Notes under the pieces: generated by a model
Databases searched by the model: none
What the model was told of the DNA's origin: nothing
Seen by the model: the letters and a program-made list of their open reading frames with translations, nothing else
Translations under genes and position numbers: made by a program
Shown: positions 55,091 to 63,924 of the stretch, piece by piece
Layout: every line of letters starts with the position of its first letter
Numbering within the stretch: position 1 is the first letter of the stretch
Assembly (NCBI GenBank): GCA_030267065.1
Contig: JAJDJF010000001.1
Coordinates: forward strand, 16,448 to 80,447
From: Desulfovibrio sp. OttesenSCG-928-C06
Lineage (GTDB): Bacteria; Desulfobacterota; Desulfovibrionia; Desulfovibrionales; Desulfovibrionaceae
Direction: 5' to 3'
Length of the DNA stretch: 64,000 bases

Positions 55091-57325
55091 TTAGCTCGCC
55101 TTGGTTCCAGCCGCGCCGGATGCGAGACCGGTATTGAAGCTGAGGTTCATATTGCCCGGGTTGGCAGCCGGGGCCGCTTTTGCGGCTGCGGCAGGAACTT
55201 TTTTGATGCCCGGAGTTTCGCTGCCGTCCACCACATAGGTGTTGCGGCGCTCAAACTCGCACTGCTTGCCGTCGTTCCAGCGGCTGACCGGGCGCAGGTA
55301 GCCGACCACGCGGGAGTAAACCTCGGTGTTTTGTCCGCATTCCGGGCAGGTGTACTGCTCGCCCTTGAGGTAACCATGGGTGGTGCAGATGCTGAAAGTC
55401 GGCGTGAGCGTAAAGTACGGCAGGGTGTAGCGCGAGGTTATTTTGCGCACCAGCGCCTTGACCATGTTGATATCGGTAATGGCTTCGCCAACAAAACCGT
55501 GGAAGACCGTTCCGCCGGTATACTGGCTTTGCAGGTTGTCCTGCAGGTCCAGCGCGTCGAAGATGTCGTTGGTGAATTCCACCGGCAGGTGCGTGGAGTT
55601 GGTGTAGTACGGGGCCGGGTGCTGGCCTGATTCGCTGTCATTTGCGCAGATGATGTCTGGGTATTCCTTGCGGTCAAGCATGGCCAGCCGGTAAGAGGTC
55701 GCCTCGGCCGGGGTGGCTTCCAGATTGAAGAAATCGCCGGTTTCTTCCTGAATCTTTGCCAGAATGTCGCGCATGAAGTCCATGGTGCGCATGGCAAAGG
55801 CCTGACCTTCGTCAGTGGCAATGCCTTTGCCGAACAGGTTCAGGCAGGCTTCGTTCATGCCGACAATGCCGATGGTGGAAAAGTGGTTGGTCCACCACCT
55901 TCCGGTGCCTGCCTTTACTTCGCGCAGGTAGAAAGTGGTGTAGGGATAAAGGCCGGAGTCTGTAAGACGCTCCAGTTCCTTTCTTTTGATTACAAGGCTC
56001 TGCTTGCCGAGGTTGATCTGCGCCTCGAGCTTGCTTCTGAATTCGGCCTCGTTACGCGAGGTGTAGCCCAGACGCGGCAGGTTGATGGTAACAACGCCCA
56101 CCGAGCCGGTAAGCGGATTGGCGCCGAACAGACCGCCACCACGCTTGCGCAGCTCGCGGTTATCCAGACGCAGGCGGCAGCACATGGAGCGCGCGTCTTC
56201 CGGCGACATATCCGAGTTCACAAAGTTGGAGAAGTAAGGCACGCCGTAGCGTCCGGTCATTTTCCAGACTGCGTCAAACTGGCTGCTGTCCCAGTCAAAA
56301 TCTTTGGTGATGTTGTAGGTAGGGATGGGGAATGTAAAGACGCGGCCCTTGTTGTCGCCTTCCATCATCACTTCCGCAAAGGCGCGGTTGAGCATGTCCA
56401 TTTCATGCTGGTAATCCTTGTACAGCGAGGGTTGATTCTCGCCGCCGATTACCACCGGGGTATTGGCCAGCGTGGAAGGCGGCACCAGATCCATGGTAAT
56501 GTTGGTGAACGGAGTCTGGAAACCAACGCGGGTAGGGATATTGATGTTGAATACGAATTCCTGCAGGGCCTGCTTCACGTCATCGTATTCCAGACCGTCA
56601 TGCCTGATGAACGGGGCCAGCAGGGTGTCAAAGCTGGAAACAGCCTGCGCCCCGGCAGCTTCGCCCTGCAAGGTGTAAAAGAAGTTCACCAGTTGCCCGA
56701 GGGCGGAGCGAAAATGCTTGGGCGGGGCGCTTTCCACATTTCCGGCAATGCCTTTGAAGCCGTTACGCAAAAGGTCTGCCAGATCCCAGCCCACGCAGTA
56801 GACGGAAAGCAGGTTCAGGTCGTGCAGGTGCAGGTCGCCGGACTTGTGCGCGTCGCGTATTTGCGGGGTGTAAATGCGGTTGAGCCAGTATTCGGAGGTA
56901 AGATCCGATGAAATATGGTGGTTAAGCCCCTGGAGCGAGTAGCCCATATTGCTGTTTTCGCGCACGCGCCAGTCTTTGCGGTTCAGGTAGCCGTCAAGCA
57001 GGTCAAGGTTTCCGGCGGCTGCCAGTTTGCGCATCTGGGCGCGCTGGTCGCGGTAAAGAATATAGGCCTTGGCGGTTTTGCGGAATGGCGATTCCAGCAG
57101 CACGGATTCCACGATATCCTGAATTTCCTCAACTTCCGGAACAACTGAAGATGTTTGCGCCACCAGATGTTTGGCAAGGTTCAGCACTTTCATGGTCAGG
57201 CGGCGGGCTTCGCGTTCGTCAAACTCACCGGTGGCCGCGCCTGCTTTGGAGAGGGCGGACGTTATTTTGGAGGCGTCAAAATCGACTACTTCGCCATTAC
57301 GTTTTCTAATGGTTTCAAACTGCAT
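55091..57325 (-). CDS. nrdD: Anaerobic ribonucleoside-triphosphate reductase (class III)
   Basis: ATP-cone MQFETIRKRNGEVVDFDASKITSAL. C-terminal zinc ribbon and glycyl-radical motif ..YTCPECGQNTEVYSRVVGYLRPV.. About 45 aa of Ala/Pro-rich tail follow it. Confidence 0.95.
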   Translation of the reverse strand: MQFETIRKRNGEVVDFDASKITSALSKAGAATGEFDEREARRLTMKVLNLAKHLVAQTSSVVPEVEEIQDIVESVLLESPFRKTAKAYILYRDQRAQMRKLAAAGNLDLLDGYLNRKDWRVRENSNMGYSLQGLNHHISSDLTSEYWLNRIYTPQIRDAHKSGDLHLHDLNLLSVYCVGWDLADLLRNGFKGIAGNVESAPPKHFRSALGQLVNFFYTLQGEAAGAQAVSSFDTLLAPFIRHDGLEYDDVKQALQEFVFNINIPTRVGFQTPFTNITMDLVPPSTLANTPVVIGGENQPSLYKDYQHEMDMLNRAFAEVMMEGDNKGRVFTFPIPTYNITKDFDWDSSQFDAVWKMTGRYGVPYFSNFVNSDMSPEDARSMCCRLRLDNRELRKRGGGLFGANPLTGSVGVVTINLPRLGYTSRNEAEFRSKLEAQINLGKQSLVIKRKELERLTDSGLYPYTTFYLREVKAGTGRWWTNHFSTIGIVGMNEACLNLFGKGIATDEGQAFAMRTMDFMRDILAKIQEETGDFFNLEATPAEATSYRLAMLDRKEYPDIICANDSESGQHPAPYYTNSTHLPVEFTNDIFDALDLQDNLQSQYTGGTVFHGFVGEAITDINMVKALVRKITSRYTLPYFTLTPTFSICTTHGYLKGEQYTCPECGQNTEVYSRVVGYLRPVSRWNDGKQCEFERRNTYVVDGSETPGIKKVPAAAAKAAPAANPGNMNLSFNTGLASGAAGTKAS

Positions 57326-57437
57326 CTATAATGCTCCGGAAGATATTGGGGACTTTGCTGAAAGCGCGTGAGAAACCGCGCCCGGATACCATCGTGCAAA
57401 GGCCCCGTTGCCGATGGATCATGATCATAATCAAAAA

Positions 57438-57630
57438 CAAAGCAGGTCTTCCGGCTTGTCAAAAACTGCCCGGCAGCCTTCCCGGTTTTCACCAGTGGCG
57501 TCCGGCTGCTTTTTCCGGTTACGCGGACAAGCAGCAGGGCCTTGCAGCGCGCTTGACTTACGGCGGCGGGAACCGCTCCTGAATTTCACAGGAATTCCCT
57601 ATTAAGCCTGTATTGGCGCTTTGTGCAGGC
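57438..57630 (-). promoter_or_regulatory. Cobalamin (AdoCbl) riboswitch in the nrdDG leader
   Basis: The minus strand reads CTTAATAGGGAATTCCTGTGAAATTCAGGAGCGGTTCCCGCCGCCGTAAG..GCCACTGGTGAAAACCGGGAAGGC..CAAGCCGGAAGACCTGC. These are the conserved core, the GCCACTG element and the B12 box (AGCCGGAAGACCTGC at 57442-57456). It aligns block by block with the E. coli btuB leader. A possible promoter lies upstream: TTGACA at 57655-57660, 17 nt, CATTAA at 57632-57637. Confidence 0.88.
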
Positions 57631-58069
57631 TTTAATGTCAGATGTGCCGGTGTGTGTCAATTCAGGGCGACTTTAGTCTGTTTTGGTTTGCGGATTGCTA
57701 TCTGACCTAGTCCCGTACCACTTTATTGATTGTGATTCATTTTGAGTCATTTTTATAACGTGACATGTGTTCCTGTATTGGCGCGGCTAAAATAGAAAGA
57801 TGCCATTAAAATAAAAAATATTCTGTGAAAAAATTTCTATAGGCATCTTTTCAAACATAGACTGAGGCACTACTATATAAGTTATGGTAGCAGGCTATAT
57901 TAGTAAGTGCTGGGATCTGGCTGGCTGATTGCCGGTTCCAGCTTGTTGCCGGATATCATGATTTCATGAATTTCACTGCTTTTTCTGGTGTTACAGACTT
58001 TCCGGAGTGTTGCAGAATATAAGGAGACTGCGGGCCGCAAGGCTGACGCAATTAGCCATAGGAGAACTT

Positions 58070-58954
58070 ATGTGGGAATATACTGACAAGGTTCGGGAGC
58101 ATTTTTTGAACCCGAAGAACGTGGGCGAGCTCAAGGACGCCAACGCTATAGGCGAAGTGGGCAGCCTGGCTTGCGGCGATGCCCTTAAGCTTTATCTTAA
58201 AATTGAGGATAACCGCGTTGTTGACGCCAAGTTCCAGACTTTTGGCTGCGCAAGCGCCATTGCCTCCAGCTCTGTACTGACAGAGATGGTCAAGGGCAAA
58301 ACTGTTGAGGAGCTGGAAGCACTGACCAACAAGGATATAGCCGACCAGCTGGGTGGGCTGCCAAAAGAAAAGATGCACTGCTCGGTAATGGGGCAGGAGG
58401 CTCTGGAAGCAGCTATCCGCAACTGGCGTGGTGAGCCGCCGCTGGCGCATGATCATGACAGCAGGATTGTCTGCCGTTGCTTTGGCGTGACAGAAGAACA
58501 GATTGTGCGGGCCATCAAGGAAAACAACCTTACCACGGTAGAGGAAGTGACCAACTTTACCAAGGCTGGCGGGGCCTGCGGCGACTGTAAGGAAGGCATC
58601 CAGTCTATAATTAAAGCTATACTTGAAGGTTCTGCGGCCGGACTTGGCGGCATTGCGGATTTTCGTAAAAAGGCACCCAAAGCGGCTCCCAAGGCCGATT
58701 CAGAGGCTGCTCCTTTAACAAACATCCAGCGTATGCAAAAAGTAATGTCTGTGCTGGAAGATATAATCCGTCCGCGCCTCAAGCAGGATGGCGGAGACAT
58801 TGAGCTTGTGGATATTGACGGCAAGACAGTTACTGTGGCTTTACGCGGCATGTGCACCAACTGCCCGTCCAGCCGCCTGACCATTGAAGGGCTGGTGCAA
58901 CAAGCGCTGCGGGATCAGGTTGAGCCTGATCTGGTAGTCCGGGAGGTTGCGTAA
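58070..58954 (+). CDS. nifU: NifU-type Fe-S cluster scaffold (IscU-like N-domain, BFD-like [2Fe-2S] domain, C-terminal NifU domain)
   Basis: MWEYTDKVREHFLNPKNVGEL..GSLACGDALKLYL..FGCASAIASS..MHCSVMG. CRCFGVTEEQIVRAI..GGACGDC. C-terminal GMCTNCPSS. ATG 58070 follows AGGAG by 5 nt. Confidence 0.93.
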   Translation: MWEYTDKVREHFLNPKNVGELKDANAIGEVGSLACGDALKLYLKIEDNRVVDAKFQTFGCASAIASSSVLTEMVKGKTVEELEALTNKDIADQLGGLPKEKMHCSVMGQEALEAAIRNWRGEPPLAHDHDSRIVCRCFGVTEEQIVRAIKENNLTTVEEVTNFTKAGGACGDCKEGIQSIIKAILEGSAAGLGGIADFRKKAPKAAPKADSEAAPLTNIQRMQKVMSVLEDIIRPRLKQDGGDIELVDIDGKTVTVALRGMCTNCPSSRLTIEGLVQQALRDQVEPDLVVREVA

Positions 58955-60198
58955 TGTTGAACGGCAAGCCAATCTATTTTGACAACAACGCCACCACTGC
59001 CGTGGCTCCGGAAGTTCTGGAGGCAATGCTGCCGTTTTTGCAAGGCGAATACGGCAACCCTTCAAGCATGTATGCTTTTGCCGGAAAATCGCAGCAGGCG
59101 GTAGTTACCGCACACGAGCAGGGCGCGACCCTGCTTGGCTGCAAGCCGGAGGAACTTATTTTTACCTCCTGCGGCACCGAGAGCGATTCCACGGCCATCT
59201 ATTCCGCTCTGGAAGCCAACCCGGACAAAAAGCATTTTATTACCACCAAGGTTGAGCACCCAGCGGTGCTGGCCATGGGCCAGTTTCTGGAACAGCGCGG
59301 TTACCGCGTGACCTTTCTGGGCGTTGATGGCAAGGGGCGGCTGGATATGGATGAGCTTAAGTCGTCTATTTCCAAGGATACGGCGCTGGTTTCCGTAATG
59401 TTCGCCAACAACGAGACCGGCAATATCTATCCCATTGCCGAAATCGGTGCCATTTGCCGCGAGCGCGGCGTGCTTTTCCACACCGATGCCGTACAGGCCG
59501 TGGGTAAAGTTAAAATCAACCTCTCCGAACTGCCGGTGGACTATCTGGCGCTTTCGGGCCACAAGATTCATGCGCCAAAGGGCGTTGGGGCGCTTTATGT
59601 GCGCCGTGGCGCTCCGTTCAGGCCTTTCCTGCGCGGCGGGCATCAGGAACATGGACGCAGGGCCGGAACTGAGGCGGTACCATCCATTGTTGGCCTTGGC
59701 CGCGCTTTTGAGCTTGCTGCCAGCGATTTTGACGCGGAAAATGCCCGCCTCAGGGCCATGCGCGACCGTCTGGAAAGCAGGCTGATCAGCTCCATTCCGG
59801 ACGCGATTATCAACGGTGACCCGGAAAGCCGTCTTTCCGGCACCACCAACATTTCCTTCAAGTTCATTGAGGGCGAGGCCATTCTGCTGATGCTCGACCA
59901 GTGGGGCATTTGCGCAAGTTCAGGTTCGGCCTGTACTTCCGGCAGTCTTGAGCCTTCGCATGTGTTGCGCGCCTTGGGGGTTCCGTTCACCTTTGCGCAC
60001 GGCTCGGTGCGTTTGAGCCTTGGGCGTTACAACACGATGGAAGAAGTGGATTTTGTGGCTGAGAAGCTGCAATCGGTAGTGGGCAGACTGCGCGAGATCT
60101 CGCCATACCGCCACATGACCGACGAGCAGGTTGCAAACGAAGGCTCCAGTTGCGCTTCCGCATCATGTGCGGGCGGCTGCGGCTGTTCGGGAAATTAG
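58954..60198 (+). CDS. nifS: Cysteine desulfurase NifS (class I)
   Basis: ..IYFDNNATTAVAPEV..; PLP-Lys motif SGHKIHAPKGVG; active-site loop SSGSACTSG. The start overlaps the nifU stop (TAATG). Cys-rich C-terminal tail. Confidence 0.95.
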   Translation: MLNGKPIYFDNNATTAVAPEVLEAMLPFLQGEYGNPSSMYAFAGKSQQAVVTAHEQGATLLGCKPEELIFTSCGTESDSTAIYSALEANPDKKHFITTKVEHPAVLAMGQFLEQRGYRVTFLGVDGKGRLDMDELKSSISKDTALVSVMFANNETGNIYPIAEIGAICRERGVLFHTDAVQAVGKVKINLSELPVDYLALSGHKIHAPKGVGALYVRRGAPFRPFLRGGHQEHGRRAGTEAVPSIVGLGRAFELAASDFDAENARLRAMRDRLESRLISSIPDAIINGDPESRLSGTTNISFKFIEGEAILLMLDQWGICASSGSACTSGSLEPSHVLRALGVPFTFAHGSVRLSLGRYNTMEEVDFVAEKLQSVVGRLREISPYRHMTDEQVANEGSSCASASCAGGCGCSGN

Positions 60199-60285
60199 AG
60201 CAAATTAACAAAGTTAAAATGCTCTAGCCTTGAAAAAACAGCTTTTCTTTTGAGCGTTGAAATGCGCTCAAGATTTGGCTTTTAT

Positions 60286-60326
60286 AAAAAATAACGCGCG
60301 TTCATATGAACGCGCGTTATTTTTAT
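60286..60326. terminator. Bidirectional terminator between nifS and cobQ
   Basis: Palindrome ATAACGCGCGTTCATATGAACGCGCGTTAT flanked by AAAAA and TTTTT. Confidence 0.88.
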
Positions 60327-60409
60327 GTTTTTGAGCGATTAACTTTTTTGAGCCTGAGTTGCCGAAAAAACGGCCTGACTTCAAGCAAAAAACAGTCGCA
60401 GGTTATTTT

Positions 60410-61978
60410 TTAAGCTTGAACTTCAAGTTTGCACAATTTCAGAAGTAACCCGGTATCCAGATGTTCTTCTACCATATCTGCCAGACGGTTGATGTCTTTT
60501 TCTACAAGAGCGCGGTAGTCCGGTTGTTCTGTTGCGCCAGCTCCGGCCCAGGCGAGTAGAGTCTTGCAGGCTTCCGGGGCATCGAACACGCCGTGCAGGT
60601 AAGTTCCGGCTACCTGTTTGTCGGCGCTGACCGCGCCATCCGGCAACAAGGAATAGCTGGTGCATTCGTCAATTGGGTCGGCATTTTTGCAAGCCGCCAA
60701 ATCACCTGTTTTGCCAGGATCTGTTCCGCTTTTTGCGCTTACGCGGCAAAAGGGCTGCTGCATGGCCGGGCCAGTGGATATTCCGGCGTGAATCTCGTAA
60801 CCGGCTACGCTGGCGCTTTGTGAACTGCCACCTTCAATAAGCAGTTCGCCGCGCACATTGCGCAATTCTTTTTGCTGATGCAGCGTTGTTTCCATATCCA
60901 GCAGTCCAAGAGCGTCAACCGAACCGGCCGGGCCTTCTATGCCTTGCGGGTCGTGTATCTTTTGCCCCAGCATCTGGAAGCCGCCGCAGATTCCAAGCAC
61001 CTTGCCGCCATATCTCAAGTGGCGCTTGATTGAATCTTCCCAGCCCTTGGCGCGCAGGAATTCAAGGTCAGAACGCACGCTTTTGCTGCCGCCAAGGATA
61101 ATCAGATCCGCAGGGGGAAGCTGCCCGTCGCGCACAAAGGTCAGCTCAACCTGCGGGTGCAGGCGCAGGGCGTCAAAATCCGTGTGGTTGCTTAATCTGG
61201 GCGTGACCGGAACAACTACTTTAAGGGCGTTTTCCGCTTTTGCCGCCTGCTTGGTGTTCAGGGCGTCTTCGGCCTCCAGATGCAGGTCGTGCAGGTAGGG
61301 CAGCACTCCGATTACCGGCTTGCCGGTGCGTTTTTCCAGCCAGTCCAGACCGGGCTGCAGGAGTGTGATATCGCCCCGGAAGCGGTTGATGATAAAGCCT
61401 GCTATCCGGCGCTGCTCATTATCCGGCAGCACTTCCAGAGTGCCTACCAGATGCGCGAACACGCCGCCCCGGTCAATGTCCGCCACCAGAATAACCGGGC
61501 AGTCCACTGCTTCGGCAAAGCCCATGTTGGCGATGTCGTTGTCGCGCAGGTTGATTTCCGCCGGAGATCCCGCACCTTCAACCATAACGATATCGTACTT
61601 GTCGGCCAGCCGGTTAAAGGATTCCAGCGCGGCATTGCGGGCGATTTTTTTGTATTCGTGGTAGTCCACAGCGTTCATGTTGCCAATGGCATGCCCGTGG
61701 ATGATAACTTGAGAGCCGGTGTCGCTGTTAGGTTTGAGCAGGATCGGGTTCATGTCCGTATGCGCGGGCAGGCCGCAGGCCACAGCCTGCGCAGCCTGTG
61801 CCCGCCCGATTTCCCCGCCGTCTTCGGTAACGGCACTGTTCAGGGCCATGTTTTGCGGCTTGAACGGCGCCACTGAATGGCCTTTAAGTTTTAGCCAGCG
61901 GCAGAGCGCGGTAACAACAGTGCTTTTTCCGGCATCCGATGTGGTGCCCTGAACCATGAGTGCTTTGCCGGTAGACAT
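60410..61978 (-). CDS. cobQ: Cobyric acid synthase (CobQ/CbiP)
   Basis: [37 protein letters not shown].. C-terminal glutamine amidotransferase domain ..[16 protein letters not shown].. Confidence 0.94.
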   Translation of the reverse strand: MSTGKALMVQGTTSDAGKSTVVTALCRWLKLKGHSVAPFKPQNMALNSAVTEDGGEIGRAQAAQAVACGLPAHTDMNPILLKPNSDTGSQVIIHGHAIGNMNAVDYHEYKKIARNAALESFNRLADKYDIVMVEGAGSPAEINLRDNDIANMGFAEAVDCPVILVADIDRGGVFAHLVGTLEVLPDNEQRRIAGFIINRFRGDITLLQPGLDWLEKRTGKPVIGVLPYLHDLHLEAEDALNTKQAAKAENALKVVVPVTPRLSNHTDFDALRLHPQVELTFVRDGQLPPADLIILGGSKSVRSDLEFLRAKGWEDSIKRHLRYGGKVLGICGGFQMLGQKIHDPQGIEGPAGSVDALGLLDMETTLHQQKELRNVRGELLIEGGSSQSASVAGYEIHAGISTGPAMQQPFCRVSAKSGTDPGKTGDLAACKNADPIDECTSYSLLPDGAVSADKQVAGTYLHGVFDAPEACKTLLAWAGAGATEQPDYRALVEKDINRLADMVEEHLDTGLLLKLCKLEVQA

Positions 61979-61981
61979 TGG

Positions 61982-63445
61982 CTATCCTTGCGGTTTGAAC
62001 AGGCGCGCGGCTGTGCGCGGGTTGGACGGAAAATACAGGTGGATGTAGGAGGCGGTCAGACCGTTCAGCCGGTACACGGCCTCGCCTGTGCGCGAAGCCT
62101 GATTTTTGCGGCTGGAGCTTGCCGGGTAAGTGCCGCGGGCCAGCTCCTCAAGCTCTGTCTCCAGAATAGAGTGGTGAAAGGTGTGTCCACGCAGGGTTCC
62201 TTCCGGCAGGGTGATTTCTTGTGATCCAAGCGCGGCAAGTCGTTTTTGCATTTTGGCCCGCCCGGGGATGAGTCCGGCCAGCGTGCGTTTATGGCCCTGA
62301 TGGTCTTCAAGTGATTCCAGCAGGTAGAGCATGCCGCCGCATTCAGCCAAAATCGCCTTTCCGGACGAGTGATGCTGGCGAATTTCGGCAATCAGCGCGG
62401 TGTTGGCGGCAAGGTCGTTCAGATGCAGTTCCGGGTAACCACCGGGGAAGTAGAGGCTATCCACTTCCGGCAGTTTGTTGTCCGATAACGGCGAAAAAAA
62501 GGATAACTCCGCACCCAGATTGCGTAAAAGGTCCAGATTTGCCTGATAAATGAAAGAAAAAGCCTGATCGCGGGCAATACCGATGCGCAGACCGGCAAGC
62601 TCGCCTGTAGCGGTTGGGAGATTATGGTCTGCGCGTGATGCCTGACCTGAAAGACTGGCCTGTTCTTCAGCATCTGCCCGTTTTTCAATATATGGCAGTT
62701 CTACGATATGTGATTGTTCTGCAATGTGTGACTGCGCAGCGCACGATTGGACGGCTGTGGATGTTGCGGGCGCAAAGCTTACTGATTCGGGCAATGTTCC
62801 ATCGCAGTTGGCTTCAAGCAGATCCGCAAGCCTATCCAGTCTGCGGTCAAGGTCGTCCAGCTCTTCAGCTTGCACCAGCCCCAGATGGCGCGAGGGCAGG
62901 GCAATATCCGCATCGCGGAACATGCAGCCGTACCAGCGCAGGTGCGGCGGCAGACAATTGCGCAAGATATCCGCATGCCGGGCGCTGCCAAGGCGGTTGG
63001 CAAAAACGCCGGAAAACGGAAGCCCGGCCTTAAAGGTGGCAAGTCCATGCGCCAAAGCCGCGAATGTTCCGGCCATTGCCGAGGCATCAATGCAGGCCAG
63101 CACCGGAATGCCGAACAGAATGGCCAGATCCGCTGCGGACGGCTCGCCATCGTATAGTCCCATCACTCCTTCAACCAGAATAAGATCCGCTTGGGCTGCG
63201 GCTTCATTAAGTAGCCTGCGGCATTCGACCTCGCCCTGAATCCACAGGTCAAGCTGATATACAGGAGCGCCAGAGGCGCGTTCCAGAATCATTGGGTCCA
63301 GAAAGTCCGGGCCGCATTTGAATACCCGTACCTTGCGTCCGCGTTTTGAATGCATGCGGGCAAGCGCCGCCGTGATGGTGGTTTTGCCGTGCCCTGAGGC
63401 CGGAGCGGAAACCAGCAGGGCCGGGCAGGAGTGTGTTTTATTCAT
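61982..63445 (-). CDS. cobB: Cobyrinate a,c-diamide synthase (CobB/CbiA)
   Basis: ..LVSAPASGHGKTTITAALAR..FKCGPDFLDP.. C-terminal GATase ..AECGGMLYL..GHTFHHS.. Long low-complexity inter-domain linker. Confidence 0.93.
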   Translation of the reverse strand: MNKTHSCPALLVSAPASGHGKTTITAALARMHSKRGRKVRVFKCGPDFLDPMILERASGAPVYQLDLWIQGEVECRRLLNEAAAQADLILVEGVMGLYDGEPSAADLAILFGIPVLACIDASAMAGTFAALAHGLATFKAGLPFSGVFANRLGSARHADILRNCLPPHLRWYGCMFRDADIALPSRHLGLVQAEELDDLDRRLDRLADLLEANCDGTLPESVSFAPATSTAVQSCAAQSHIAEQSHIVELPYIEKRADAEEQASLSGQASRADHNLPTATGELAGLRIGIARDQAFSFIYQANLDLLRNLGAELSFFSPLSDNKLPEVDSLYFPGGYPELHLNDLAANTALIAEIRQHHSSGKAILAECGGMLYLLESLEDHQGHKRTLAGLIPGRAKMQKRLAALGSQEITLPEGTLRGHTFHHSILETELEELARGTYPASSSRKNQASRTGEAVYRLNGLTASYIHLYFPSNPRTAARLFKPQG

Positions 63446-63484
63446 GTTGGTTGTATTGCTTGCAATGCCGTCAGTCTGGCGAAG

Positions 63485-63826
63485 CTAGTCCTTGTCTGAC
63501 AGGGCTGTGCTGAAGTGCAGAAAGTATTCAGGGTGTCCTTCAATGGGAACCCAGTAAGCCATGCGCTGGTATTCAGGCGTGATCATCAGCTTGAGTTTGG
63601 CGAGCCCTTCATCCAGAGTCTTGTCTGCCAGACAACCTGCATGCGCGGAAGCCGGCGGGATTTGAGAGCATTTTATGCCTGGATTGCGCCCAATGCTGAC
63701 AGCAACCGGATTGGCAGCCATTATCATGCGGCTACGATGCACCAGCGTAACAGGACCGGGAAATTTACTCCACATCAGATGAAAAGCATCGATTACATTT
63801 TGAGGCAGTGATGGATGGTCGGACAT
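63485..63826 (-). CDS. Hypothetical 113-aa protein upstream of cobB-cobQ
   Basis: An ORF with ATG start on the same strand, 39 nt upstream of cobB. No family recognised (MSDHPSLPQNVIDAFHLMWSKFPGPVTLVH..). Confidence 0.6.
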   Translation of the reverse strand: MSDHPSLPQNVIDAFHLMWSKFPGPVTLVHRSRMIMAANPVAVSIGRNPGIKCSQIPPASAHAGCLADKTLDEGLAKLKLMITPEYQRMAYWVPIEGHPEYFLHFSTALSDKD

Positions 63827-63924
63827 ATAATCCCCATGCTAAAAACTGTTATGATACAGTCAATTGTAAATGAAGCACGTTTATAGTGGCGTCAAATGTC
63901 GATGGCATGGCCTGTAACAGGGGG

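Noticed and set aside
57872-57905. Possible tandem NrdR boxes (CTATATAAGTTA / CTATATTAGTAA) upstream of nrdD.
   Set aside because: Hand alignment to the NrdR consensus acaCwAtATaTwGtgt gives only about 10 of 16 at best and lacks the palindromic outer bases. The sites also lie ~220 nt upstream of the likely nrdD promoter. They are kept only as an unexplained direct repeat.
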